The position numbers were made by a program, and so were the translations under genes. The notes under the pieces were generated by a model. That model did no database searches and was not told where the DNA came from. It saw only the letters and a list, made by a program, of their open reading frames with translations. Positions 27,211-40,291 of a stretch of 64,000 nt of DNA are shown here, piece by piece. Numbering within the stretch: the stretch's first letter is position 1; each line of letters starts with the position of its first letter. Location: the NCBI GenBank assembly GCA_043228905.1, contig JBHGNT010000003.1, positions 1,922,001-1,986,000 of the forward strand. The letters are read 5' to 3'. This DNA is from Azolla caroliniana. Its lineage: Eukaryota > Plantae > Polypodiophyta.

Positions 27211-30039
27211 TGAAAAAAACTTCGGAAAAAGACACAAAACGGAGGATTATTGAAGAGAGAAAAAAAATGTAGGCAGAAAAAATACAACAAAAGGTCAAGC
27301 TTACGAAAATGGATGAAGACCCAGCCTGTAGTTATGAAATAGAACTAGGAAAAAATGAAAAAAAATCAGAAATCAAAAGAGAAGCGTAGCATGGAAGTAA
27401 AAGTGCGGTAGATTAAAACCTAAATTGAGACAAACAAGAGAAGTGAATCCACATAGTACTGAAAGTGAAGAGCTAGCTAAAAGGGAGAGGTACATTTAGT
27501 AATTGTAAATTGGATTCAGTACAACTTAAACTTCGAGGAAAATGAGTTGTCTTTTCAAAGCTCTGCATTTTCCCTTTCTGCAAACAAGAAATCGAAAGAG
27601 ACAACTGAGAAAGAGGTGTGAGACGGCAGAGATCTCAATGTAGAGAAAACAAAATGCAGTACCGTCAAACTAATTGTCTTTTTATTCTGGTCGCAAAGGA
27701 GCGAAACAGAAGAAACCAATCATGAGGAAGGAAGGAGAGAAGAAAGCGAAAGAGAGATCGTGAAAAGGTACGAAAACATGAGAAATGGAGATGATGAGAA
27801 AGAAAAGAGGGGGAGAGGTGGAGGGGATGGAGATTACCTGTAGATAGAGATCGGTGATGCAGGGAGAGAGAGATTAGCGATGGAGAGGGAGAGGGAGAGG
27901 GAGAGTGAGAGATTATCCTGTAGAGAGAAAGAGAGATCAGTGATGGAGGAGACAGATTACCTGCACACGCACGCACAGAGGAAGAGGGGCAGATTACCTG
28001 CAGAGTAGCGATGGCGGGTGAGCTGAGGGTTAATTACAGAAGTGATGCAGAACGTGAAGAAGAAGAAGAAGAAGAAGAAGAATGAAAATGCCTGTTTTTT
28101 AAATTTCTTTATTATAATTATTATTTAAATAAATAAAAAAAGATTATTATTATTATTATCATTATCATAATTATTATTTATTGGAAAAAGAAAACAAAGA
28201 AGCTCCCAATTATATTTTCCACTCACCCCTAAAGTCCTCTCTTTCTTTTTTTCTTTTTTCCTTTTTTTCTTCGGTTTTCTCGGCCATATTTGAAATTCTT
28301 CTGTTTTGTCTTATTTCGAATCAGTGAACAAAATTAATAAATAAATAGAAAGATTTCGTCCTTTCTAATAAATAAATTTGCTTTTCCTTTTTTATTAAGC
28401 CCTTTTCTTTGCGGTCTTTTTTTGTCTTGTATTAACTCTGCCAATGCTTCTACATTAATTGTGTCATTGCTTATTAATTGAGTGCTTAAATTAATGAGTC
28501 ACTTAGTTGATTACTTAATGGCACAATTAATACTTCATTAGTTAATAACACAAAGAATACTTAACCAAGCAAGGGAACATGTAATGTCCGCTTAGTTAAT
28601 TAAGCATTAATTGTCTCATTGCTTAATTAAGCAAGTAACCATTAATATTTTCATTAACTACTTGATTGAGCAGTAATCATTACTTAATTAAGAATGTATT
28701 AAGTGTATTGTTGTTTCGTTAGGTAGGTCGGCATTACATATGACATTGCTTGCTTTGATATTCATCTTGATTAATTAAGAAACCATTGAATTTGTCACTA
28801 TTTAAGTAATTACGTGTTAATATTGCTTTTGTTAGCATCCATTTTGTCGACCTCTTCGAGGAACTAGGTTTAGCATTGATTCCGGAAATCCATCTTATGA
28901 ACACTAATTTTGTCATTACCTATGGTGATATTTCTACCCAGCTTTCATTTGTGGTACCTTCATTCTAGATGTATTAGTTTGTGACATTATATTGCATATT
29001 GTTACGTATGTGTCAACATTATGCTATATTGGATAATATAGCTTATTTTCGTCAGCATTACCTCACTTTTCTAAAACTTTCAACAATAGACCTTGTCAAC
29101 ATTATTCTATTAGCGTGATTTTGGTGGTACGTGAATGTTTCTCAACAAATGGAGCCTTGATTGTGGCACTTAACTCCAATAATATTTTTTTTTTTGTTTT
29201 TGTTACCTTTAGCAAATGGATCTTCATGAGCACTTCATATATATGGTGACCTTAGATAATATTACTTGTTTTTGTGTACATTACGTTTGGGAAATGGAGC
29301 ATCCATTGTGTCACTATCTTAAGTAATATTACTCGTTTTTGCAAATGCTATGTTAGGGGAATAAAGGTGTGGATGGTTTTCTGCTGTGAAAATGTGATTT
29401 GTGTTTATTAACAATTGAATTGTTTACCTTTGACACTACGTGGTGTTTTGTTGTTGTTTTGTTTTCCACACCGTTTGGTGGTGGGATTTGATGTATACAA
29501 ACACATTCTTTGGAGATCACTTGTATCATTGATCTCAATAATATTACTTATTCTGTTATATTTTCCTTTAGGTATTGTTAAAATCATCGGGTTGTGGATC
29601 ATAATTTGTAAAGTCATACATTAGGGAGCAAGGTAATATATTGGGTTGTGGAAAGTATTTTCTTAATCAGGAGTGGACTACCATTGTGCATTGGATCTTG
29701 AAACAAGCTTATGAAGACTTTTTCTAATGCACGCAACATCAATCGAACCCATTGACTTTAACCCACAACCACAATCTTACAACATGTAAATTAAAAAATA
29801 TGGGAATGTAAGCTAAATGATTGAATCTATAAGCAATTGTTTCTAGATCAAATTGGTAGACATTCTTGATGTCTCTTATACGATATAGAAATGCAATGCT
29901 TCCGCATGTGCCTTAGCATACAATATGTTGTTGTTCTTTTAATCAACATTCTAAAATAATGTTTATTATGCTAAATCCACTCTAGAACTATATTATGTGG
30001 GCAATGCTCTAGAAAGTAATCTCCATGGGTGGACTCTCA

Positions 30040-30115
30040 CATTGGACAATAGTTAGAAGAGACTTGCACTTCTTAAAAAACAAGGTCATGGGTTCAAGTA
30101 CCGAGAATGGATTTG
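30040..30115 (+). mobile_element. Possible tRNA-derived SINE head remnant
   Basis: B-box-like AAGGTCATGGGTTCAAGTACC at 30082-30102; the A-box is degenerate. Confidence 0.3.
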
Positions 30116-31429
30116 ACATTGAAAGCAATATCATTGCCATGAAGCATTGCTAATATCAAGGGGAATGGTCATATTAAATGTATAGGAATCTAGTGGAAAT
30201 GGAAATTTGTTGTCCAAGTATTGGATGTTGAAAATAAATATCATTGGCTTGAGGAAATGATACTAACTAAATGTGTAAGAATCTAGTCAAAATGACAAAG
30301 TCTTGTTTGATTTTGTTTCCTTTATAAATATTTCCAATAGTCAAGCGAAAAAAATCACTCTATGTTATGAACATAACTTGGTAGTGAGCCTCCATATTCA
30401 AAGTTCAGCTATACTCACTTTGTTATGTATGTCGACCATCTAGATGGGCTTCATTAACATTCAAAAGCACTTTTACTTCGTGGGGGATTAGGTAGTCATA
30501 TAAATCAGATCATAGGTCTCATGATCAAACATCAAATGCTCATTAGTACCCTAGAACTCTAGCTTTGTTTTTACGCTCAACTGATATAAATTATTACCTA
30601 CAAAATTCAAGGATAACTTACTTAAAGTTGACACTATGTCATTGAAAATGGACAAAAATAATGTGAATTGTAACATTATGTCATTGAAAATGGATAAAAA
30701 ATCATGTGAGTTGGCCAAGTGAGCATGAAGCTCGATGTTCTTTGAAGTGAGAAATGTAAATTTTTTCATGAATCACTTCTTTCTAGAGAGAGAAATTAGG
30801 AAATTTAAACAAAAATTATTCAAGAAAACACAATGGGGAATATCTATTCTTGATGAAAGATACCAATACTTGGAATATGAGTCTTGCATTAACATTACAC
30901 AAACTTCACAACATAATGACCGTTATCTAATTTGAATCATAACTATCAATTTGTATTCTTGTTATTGTTATGTATTCACACAAAATTTCTCCTAGTATGG
31001 GTAACAAGATTGTCCACCTATATGTTATTCTATTTATTTGTAGTATGTAGTATGTACCTTTGCCCGAATTTGAGTCCTCAAATTCAAACTTCACCAACAT
31101 CAACTTCCACTTAATAGCCTTTACGTACCTTCTCATCATATCTAGATAATCACATCACATTAAAAAAACTTTGCCAGTTTGTTTTTTGTTTCTATGGTAA
31201 CTTCACTAGTACCCTCTTTAGCTGAATTTAGGAAGAATGATATCATAAATGATGGTTAAAAGTGTCAGTCTAGTCTATGCCTAGTGAGCACATTCAGGGC
31301 TACTTATATGTCAATGTCCTCTAAATCACACGAAGCCTTGTACCAAATCTTGCTTACGACTTCAACTCGAATGCTCATTGCTATTGAGATTATGATTGTA
31401 AGTTATACAATAGTTTCCTTTCAAATCTA

Positions 31430-32276
31430 TGTGAGGTGCATTGTATCAAAATAGAGTATCAACACATGCATGTTCCTCATAAGATAGGAACTGACAAAGA
31501 CATGTGGATCAATATCATAGTTGATCAATGCATGTTGAAGCAGTAAACTAGGGGGGAACGACAAACTAATAGAACCTTTAGGTGCAATATTGAAGAGCAT
31601 GGCGATAGAAATATAGAATCCCCCTAGAGTGGGATGCATTCTAATTTTCACTCTCATGTAGGATTACCTTTTAACGCAAGGTGACAAACACCCTCCTTTG
31701 CACTTGTAGTCAAAATCTTGAAATTGAGAACGCTTGGAGAGGACTAGCTAGGGGAGTTGTTTTTTAGCAAAGAAAAAAACTAAACTTTAGATGGGCTACT
31801 TGATGTTTATGCTTTTTCATTGCAACATATGTGAACATATGAACACTATTGTTGGTCCAATTGAAATTCACTTATGAAACCTTTTAGATCAAGTCGATTT
31901 TGTTACCAAGATTGTTGTTCTAGGTAGGCCTTCTTGCTCTTTGGATCCAAGAGAAGCACAATGATCATTGGTATGCAAAGCCATGAATATGATGTAAGGG
32001 AAGGCCAAATCCATCTTGAACAAATTGTCTCTAAACCGAATTCATTAGTTCATTGTAACCACCGTTGGAGAGTGAAAAAAAACACTAAACGTATTAGCGA
32101 CTTTTGCATGCACACGCTACCCTAATCACGAGAATCGATTGAAAAATATCACTTGCTATGAGAAAGCATTTAGATCTGTCTAACAATGCTTCCCACATGC
32201 TAGGCAAACATGTATGATTTCCACAAACATGAACCATCCTGAACAAAAGATCTCTAATCAGACACACCAACCCCAC
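31430..32276 (-). pseudogene. Decayed PLS-class PPR gene remnant, bounded by a copia LTR
   Basis: ALLDRSKCFLIASDIFQSI, RQFVQDGF, FMAL..CASLGSKEQ and HALINYDIDPHVFVSSYL resemble PLS repeats (ALLDMYAKC..F; CASLGALEQG; HA.....D.DVFVGSSL). Confidence 0.5.
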
Positions 32277-32277
32277 A

Positions 32278-34925
32278 TGTGTGGGCGAGTATGCAAATAG
32301 ATATGCGGAAGCGTGTATGAGGACATGTCATATTATGCTCAACAAACAACATAGAAAGTATGACAAAATAAGAAATAGAAGCGTAGACACAGTTTGAAGC
32401 TCTAATGGAAGCTTTGTTATTCCTTTCTTTCTCTGTAACTCTTACACTTTGAGATTCAAGAAGATTACCGTTACAATGTTAGGGTTGAGCTTATATACTC
32501 AAGCCCTAACTGGAGGACTTGTTCACACCACGGTTACAAAGTGGAAGGAGTCAGCCTTTTATGCTAACAAAATACCCTGTAAAAGGGCTACTCTTTCCAC
32601 ATACAATGGTAAGGGGTTATCTCCCCCGTAAACCTAGATTACAATTTAATCTAAAGTTATAGTTACAAGTCAATGGGCATATAGCCGAGTCAGCAGAGAT
32701 AAAGTCAGTATCTAGCCTGATTCGGCAATCATCTGTGTCGGCTTGTTCGAATCAGTTGGATCATCTCGTCTTACCTCCTACTCCTTGCTCAATGCTCTTC
32801 AGCTTGGTCACTTGTCGTAGTCCCATCATTGTCCTTAGTGCTTTGAAGTGATGTTCTGGGAGTGGCTTCGTCCAACAATTGGTGATGTTCACCTCGATGT
32901 CGATCTTCCGGACTTCGAGCTTCTTCTCTGTTACGAGCTCCCGGATGTCATGATACCGCACCTCAATATGCTTTGTCTTCGCATGATAGGCAACATTATT
33001 GATGAGGTGTATTGCGCTCTGTGAGTCGCAATAGATGGTCGGGTGGTCGATTCGACTTGTCACTGAGAAGTTAGTTGTCAGTTAGTGCAACCACATTGCT
33101 TCTTTTGCTGCTTCCCCGTTGCTTCTAATGCTGCTATGTACTCTGCCTCTGTGGTAGACAGGGCCGTGCACTCTTGCAGCTTCAACCTCCATCATATGGT
33201 GCCGCCGCCATAGGTGAAGATGTGGCCTGATGTCAACTTCCGATTGTCCGTATTTCCGGCATAGTCGGAGTCGGTATAGCCTTCGACTTCGGTGGGGTTT
33301 GCCGATCCGAAAGTCAATCGTGCATCTTCGGTTCCTCTCAAGTACCTGAAGATGTGCTTGACTGCCTCCCAATGCTTCTGTCTTGGGTTTGACATGTACC
33401 AGTTGACGACCCCTACGACATATGCAAGGTTGGGTCGAGTCGCCACCATCGCGTACATGATACTTCCTGCTCCCGATGCGTAGGGTATCTTTCCATTGAG
33501 CTCTCTCTCCTTATCCGTCGAAGGAGAGTCTCTATCCGATAATGGGATTGATGTTGGAAGTGGTGTTGGTGTTGGCTTCGCATTCTCCATGTTGAAGCGC
33601 TTCAACACTTTGTGAATGTAATCAGACTGGGAGAGTCGGAGAGTGTTTGTCTTCCGATTTTGCTCGATCCTCATGCCCAGTATGTATCGAGCTTGTTTGA
33701 GTTTCGTCATCGCGAACTTATCGTGAAGGCTCCACTTTACCGTTCTGAGTTTGGTTTGATTGCTCCCTGCAATCAGCATGTCATCGACGTAAAGGATCAG
33801 GTAGATCCGGGACGTGTCAGCCAGTTGTCGAGTATACATACATGGGTCGGAATCGGATCGGTGATATCCAAGCTGCCTGATGTAGGAGTCGAACTTCTGG
33901 TACCACATCTTCAATCAACATACGAGGTGACCTTCCTCCCCATCGCCGTGAAGCTTGCTAGTTGGGACATGTAAATGTCTTCTTCCAGATCTCCGTGTAG
34001 GAATGTTGTCTTTACGTCCACCTGCTCGAGCTCTAGGTCTTCAGTCGCCACGACTCCGAGTAGGAGCCGAAGGGTGGTCATCTTGACTACTAGTGAGAAT
34101 ATCTCGTCGTAGTCGACCCCATGTGCTTGTTTGAATCCCTTCGCGACGAGCTGAGCTTTGTATTTGGGGTTCTATGAGTCAGATACATATTTGTATCTGA
34201 AAACCCATTTGTAGGGCAACGACTTCCTTCTTGCTGGTAGTTCGACCAGCTCCCATGTGTTGTTATTTTTTATCAAGTCCATCTTGGATTTCATGGCTTG
34301 TAGCCATGTGTCGGCATTTGGCGCGACTATGGCTTCTCCGTAGGAGCTCGGTTCGCTAGCTTCCATGTAGTTGAGGTACTCTAGGCCCGGTTGGTAGAAC
34401 TCTGTTGGCCTTCGAACTCGTCTTGATCTCCTAGGCGCCGAATTGATCAGTTCGGATCCTTCGATCGGCTCTGTCGGTCGATTGGCCTTTATTGAACCAC
34501 TTAGGTCAAGAGTCCACTTGGATGACTTGCCCCTGTGACAGGATTTTGGCTATGTCGCGTCATCCTCCCCTATTTTGGGATTGATTGACTTATAAGTGGG
34601 GGACTTAGCCGACTCAGGTCGGCTTTTCCCCTTAGCCTTTGTGGGTATGTCGGTCGAATCGACTCTGTGATTTCGACTCTCACCTTGTCAGCTTTACCTT
34701 TCTCAATTCTAGCTGATTTGGCTTTGCCTTGGTTGGCCAATATTGATCTTGTCAATCTCTTAGTCGAATCCATTTCGACTAGTGGACTTCCTTCCGATTC
34801 GGAGTCGGTAGGTGTATTGCCGGCTTGGTCGAGTTCAATTGTTTGTCGAATCTCTGATTCGGCCCGGTGAAAAGCTGCACTTAAATAAGTGAAATTTTGC
34901 ACCCTTTGAATTTCCATCCTCGACA
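32278..34925 (-). mobile_element. Ty1/copia LTR retrotransposon, 3' half (RT-RNaseH plus 3' LTR), decayed
   Basis: EPSSYGEA..WLQAMKS, YLILYVDDMLI, EGYTDSDYAG, IYCDSQSAIHL, KTKHIEVRYH. The LTR (~32278-32700) matches the LTR of the copia at 52.4-60.3 kb. 5' part missing. Confidence 0.9.
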
Positions 34926-34926
34926 T

Positions 34927-35440
34927 TTACAACAAAATTATCACCAACATATACAACATCACTCAAAGTGTCTCCAAAACCTCGATACGTGAATGATTGG
35001 TTATTATTTTCCTACTTTGCGTTAGTTAATTCCTTGTCCATTAATGTATGGTACACCCAAATGTGTGTGTTTGGACACTACATCCAATCTACCTATACTC
35101 TGATAACAAAAACGTGTAAATTCTCTAACTGTAATATAATGACCATCATTCACAGAATAACCATGAACAGAGTTCAGAGATCATATCTCAAGGGTTTCGT
35201 AAAAATCCCAAGTCTTTTCCCTATTTACTTTGTGTAGCCTCATTTCCTAAAATACTCATTTAATATCTCAAACTTGTCAAGAGTAAACAATGATACTCTA
35301 CTACATGAGCAACACAATTCATACGCATACCATCAACATTTAGTTATTCAAGGGTAAGTGCTTGCTTTACTGTTGCACCTGCTCCATCATGTTTACCTTT
35401 TTCATGGCCAAACTCAAAAAAGTTCCACATTATCTCCCCT
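34927..35440 (-). mobile_element. Decayed DNA transposase fragment, Sola2-like
   Basis: WNFFEFGHEKGKHDGAGATVKQALTLE*L (cf. W.FF.T.HGKG..DG.G..VK), then SLNSVHGY..VREFTRFC and DTLSDVVYVGDNFVVNV. Confidence 0.55.
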
Positions 35441-36058
35441 CTTGTAACACGACTCTTTTGGACTACACCCAATGTTGTGTAACCTCTAGATGTTGATCTA
35501 ATAATCATTTTCAATGTAATTTAAAACAATGTTAGACAAACAATGTGTCATGCTTCTTATCATTACATTATAGAAATTAATTACTTTATTTACATAATGT
35601 TAGACTCGATAAAAAGTTATATAAACAAAATTGTTATGTGTCTTGACCATCAATGCATGGATTGAATTTCATTTTTCTCTTTGAAAGTATATTTTTTTGC
35701 AAAGATTACTATTGACATGGCTATGTCACTTGGGAAATTAGATATGCTAGACTTGAATTGATTGGTTTAAAAAACTTTCTTACTAGCCTTTAAAAGTTGC
35801 CCCACATTTTCCAACAACTTAACATGGATTAAAATTTTCTTACATCTTTTTTGGACATCATATAAATCTAGATCAAGTATCACATTTTTTACATATACCA
35901 ATGATGCACTTGTAATTATCATATGGAAGATAATCTCAAAATCCTCTAGGACATAATACTGAATCTAAAAGCCCAATCATTGATGTGTAAGCATGTCCTA
36001 TTGAATTACATTTTTTTACATTGTTTAATTGACAAATTGGACATTTACAAGTGCATAA

Positions 36059-36339
36059 TGTTGAGAATCGACCAACCACAACCGGTTTCATGTATGCGTT
36101 CGGGTGCACAAAATACTCAATAGATAGTACACAGACAGAATAACGAAAAATGCAGAAAACGAGAATCGAGATACAGAGACACAAGATTTACCGTGGAAAC
36201 CCAAATTGGGAAAAACCACCTGGAGTCCACAAACTCCAAAACATATCGCTATATGTGGAGAGGAAGTACAATAAGAAACTTAGAGGCAACGACCTCGAGA
36301 TCTTCTTCGTCAACAAACAGTTGCACAGTTACACTCTAA

Positions 36340-36377
<38 letters not shown>

Positions 36378-36655
36378 ATCTTGTTATATCACAGAGGCAA
36401 CTACCTCATTCTAACTTTTTAACAAAAACGATCAACTACTTTTTTCTCTCTACAACATAAAGTTTGCCCTAGTTGTATATATACTCATACAACTTTATGG
36501 CTATTTACATACATAGCCCACATGGAGCACATTTCAACTATTTACAAATATAGTCTCCTGAGTTGGCTATATCCTCAATTTCGATTTCGGCCTCGACCGA
36601 GTTACTCATCGACTCGACTCTTCTCTTTCCATCCGGAGGGACTTGTTTCCCAACA
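36059..36655 (-). mobile_element. Solo LTR (TGTTG...CAACA)
   Basis: TG/CA termini; reverse complement matches the LTR at 38169-38826 (e.g. TAGCCAACTC.GGAGACTATATTTGTAAATAG, GTATATATACAACTAGG). Flanks CATAA/AACTA do not form a TSD. Confidence 0.8.
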
Positions 36656-37060
36656 AACTACATCCTAAACTGAGGATCTATGATGATGGAATAGGTTAAT
36701 TGAATCCTTAAGAGAACACCTTATATGTAATAAATATCTGTAAATCGGTTCTGCATGTGTTTCACCAAAAATGGTTTGACAGACTCGTATCTTTGTAGTG
36801 GAACTTTGATTTTTAGATGCATTCGCTTAAACCTAATAAATAAATCAACCTTCACTACCCTTATTTGTGGTTTTCATAGGTCATCAAGGCTAGAGCCATT
36901 GCAATGTTTTTAGCCTAACCATTTTGTCATGTATGCAAAATTATATTAATGAAGAATATTTTTTAGAAAAAAGAAAAGAAAAGAAAAGAAAAGAAAAAAG
37001 GATTACGTAAGTTCAAAGTAAACGTTATTGATCTTAGCTTATTAGCTAATGTTCCTTTTT

Positions 37061-37667
37061 ATTTTATTTTTTTCCAAAACATTACTACTTCCATTAGTTA
37101 AGAAAAAGTACATAGGATAATATACAACTCATATGTTACAAGCCAATTTGCATGGCTACAAGAAACAACATGTATAAATGAAGCAACAAAGACTCAACAA
37201 AGTATTACTCGAAAGAATCCCCTCAACATGAGCCTCACACAACCCACATTCAGCAAAGACATCCTCCAATCTCGTCACAATTCAACACCCACCTCTATGT
37301 TTGATACCCTTGGAGGAAACAACCATCGGGGTGGCTGATAAATCCACTTTGCATTGCCATCCACCATCTGTAGCATCGGAGAACCTCTCCATTTTAGAAG
37401 GGAGCAGTATCTAGCTTCTTCACTTGCGTTAGAGGGCCCCTGAAGGTTGTCAAACTTTCCTTGTAGCATAGAAATCAAATTAAACCAAACCATCATTAAA
37501 CTCTCAGCCGATGGGGTTCGCTTCCGGGTAAACGACTCCTTGCACCTAGATACCCACACTTCCCAAACAGTAAGGCCAGCCACTAAAAAACCAAATATCT
37601 ATGTACCGTTCCTATATGTAAAATGAACCTCCTTGACTTGAAGTTTGTACAGTTCCATTCACCACCT
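37061..37667 (-). mobile_element. 5'-truncated L1 LINE with A-rich tail and 16-bp TSD
   Basis: TSD GCTAATGTTCCTTTTT at 37045-37060 and 37668-37683. ORF2 C-terminus VWEVWVSRC..KWIYQPPRWLFPP is similar to 50990-51250. Confidence 0.85.
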
Positions 37668-38168
37668 GCTAATGTTCCTTTTTAATCTTTAGTTAAATGT
37701 CAATGAATAGTTTATTGACCTTCGCTTGTTGGTTAGCTCATAATACCCATTACTATTTGTGTTAATTGTTAACCCTTAGTTATCTACTACCTAATTTGTT
37801 ATTTAATTTGCAACTAATCAATTTGTTAATTAAAACTAATTAGATATTTAATGCTAATAGTGTGTAATAGCTAATATAGCTAATGATGTTAGCTTATTAG
37901 CTATGAGCTACAAACACACATACACACACACACATCAAGTGAATTAGCTCTACCTAATAGCTAATATAGTTATTTAATAGTAGAGAGTGATATTAACTCA
38001 TTCATCATTGGTTGTGGATTAACTAATTAGTTATAGCTAAAAGCTTTAAATCTAATGTAAGTATCTTATTAACTATTAGTAGCTAATGTAGTGTGAGTAG
38101 CTTATTATTTATTAGTAGCTAACGCTAATACTAAGATAAATAATAACTTGTATTATTAGGGACCATAA

Positions 38169-38826
38169 TGTTGGGAATATGTCCCTCTAGTGGGAGGATG
38201 ATCCGATTGTTCGGAAAGCCGACATGCGAAGAGTCGGAAAACAGTGAGTCGATTGTTTGAGAATTCGACTATTATTATTATGATGATAATAATAATGATG
38301 ATGCTAGGAAACAGGTCTCTCCGGATGAGGAGAGAGAGGAGCCGAGTTGATGAGGCCGAGGCCGAAACCGGAATTGTGTATAATAGCCAACTCGGGAGAC
38401 TATATTTGTAAATAGTCTAAGTGTGCGCCCCATGAGGGCTACGTATGTAAATAGACGGAAGTTGCGTAAGTATATATACAACTAGGACAAACTTTTAGAG
38501 TGTGATGAACAGAGTTAGAACTGCAGAAGTAGTACGACTGAGAGAGAGAGAGAGAGAAGCGAGAGCCGCGCCATAGCTATGTGTGTAACAGCAGACACGA
38601 AGAGCCCTGTGCGGCTGATACACTCAACAGAGTGTTGTAATCATCTCTGTGTTGTATATCCACTATTTGTATAGTGAAGTTCTATTCCCGTGGTTTTCCC
38701 CGTTTCAAGGTTTCCACGTAAATCTCTGTGTACATCTGTTTATCTTGCCTTGTCTGGTAGATTTGTGATTCGTATTTCAGCGCATTATTTGTCTATTGTG
38801 ATTGATTTTGCGACGATTTCTCAACA
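38169..38826 (+). mobile_element. Solo LTR with perfect 5-bp TSD
   Basis: TGTTGGG...CTCAACA flanked by CATAA at 38164-38168 and 38827-38831; orientation inferred from the TATA-like TATATA and downstream U5-like sequence. Confidence 0.9.
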
Positions 38827-39416
38827 CATAACTATTAGTCATCGATCATCTAATTAGTTGTGGCTAATATTATAATTCTAACACCTAGAAATATTAATGG
38901 TGGATGATTCTTGGATGTAGAGAGAATAGAGCATGGTTGAGAGAATGACAACAGCCCAAGCAACAATGGGAGGGTCTCGTGAATCGCTTCTCAATTTTCA
39001 ACCTGTTGTGGGGATGATGAGCTTCAATTATCAGAGCAAGAAGAAGTACAGATGAGACAAGAGATCCACTGATTGCAACAAATTTTTTTAATCATACAAA
39101 TTTTAAGTCTCTGGCCAAATTGCCAAGAGTTGAGGCACTTGCAATAGGCTCAATTGTAGGCAAAAATTGGCCGTATTGAAATGTGCAGTTTCTTGGAAGA
39201 GGCTATTACCATGTCGAGTTTCAAGATGAGGCATCTGTCCAGGTATTACTTGCTATGAAATTTCTTGAAATACGAGGAGCATGGGTTAAATTTCAGGAAT
39301 GGAAGCATGGTTTTGATCCCATGAGAGAGACCTGACATGATTTTTTAGTTTTAACTATGAGTTTTCTGGGATTGCCTAAGGAATGTCATCATCTATTGCA
39401 TCAATTGGGGGGGGGT

Positions 39417-39960
39417 TGTCGTGGAGGACTCGGTAATTAGGAGAAAGATTCGTCAGATGCGTGTGAACAGGGGTGTTCCACCCACACGAAACGGGTCTTA
39501 TGTATAAACTAATTATAAATATTGAAGTATTTAGAAGTATTTAGAAGTATTAGGTAGAGTGTTTAATAGGTACTTTTAAGATCCCATAAAAAGACAGGAA
39601 TAAAGTGTGTGATGGGAAGAAATCGAGGGGAGGATCACTGACATGAAAATGGTTGTCATAAAGCTAATGTAACCAACGCTCCTTGGGCTACATATAAAAG
39701 CAAGGAAAGAAGACCGTTTTAGGCATTAGTCATTTTGGAGGGAGAAGTGTTATCAGTTTGAGGAGTCTGTCGGTTTTTTGTTCTCTGTGGATTCGGATAG
39801 CTAGGGTGAGGTCCTTCGCATAGGAAGCCTGTATGCTCCCGACCAGAGGCTCACTAACGTGTGTGGGTCTGTCTGAAGAGCTCAAAGCTCTGTTTCCTAG
39901 CTGGCAGGCCATTCTTTGTATTATTTTTCTCGATAGTTAATTATTTCTTTGTTGTATTTG

Positions 39961-40003
<43 letters not shown>

Positions 40004-40291
40004 GTTTCGACATTGGTATCTCCGTTTGTGTCTGAGGAGGCATTGTTCTCCTCTCCCTCTTTGTTCTACGCATTTCTACCTGAGTCTGTGAGCTCGTGCG
40101 CTCCTTTCTGGAGTCCGATGATAGGGCCGGATTGGTTACAAGATCTCTAAGCCTGTGTGCTCAGTGAAGAACCCTAGCAAACGAGCCAGTTAGGTCATTG
40201 CAAGTGTAGTAGCCTCTCTACCTCCGAGTCCCTAGTCCAAGACCCCCGTGGTCCCACCCGATCCGACACGTACACACGGAAATCCGCGGCA
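39417..40291 (+). mobile_element. Solo LTR-like insertion (TGTCG...CGGCA) inside L1 ORF1
   Basis: Interrupts ORF1. Ends with AGACCCCCGTGGTCCC..CGACACGTAC..CCGCG(G/A)CA, shared with 53176-54035; TATA box CTACATATAAAAG; internal (GT)n. No clean TSD. Confidence 0.75.

Noticed and set aside
30927-31139. 70-aa minus-strand ORF as a continuation of the transposase relic
   Set aside because: Only a vague resemblance (DSNSGKGTYYIL); not supportable without a search.
36059-38826. A single TIR or DIRS-like element bounded by the two inverted LTRs
   Set aside because: The right LTR has its own TSD, the two LTRs are diverged, and the interior has no transposase or tyrosine recombinase.
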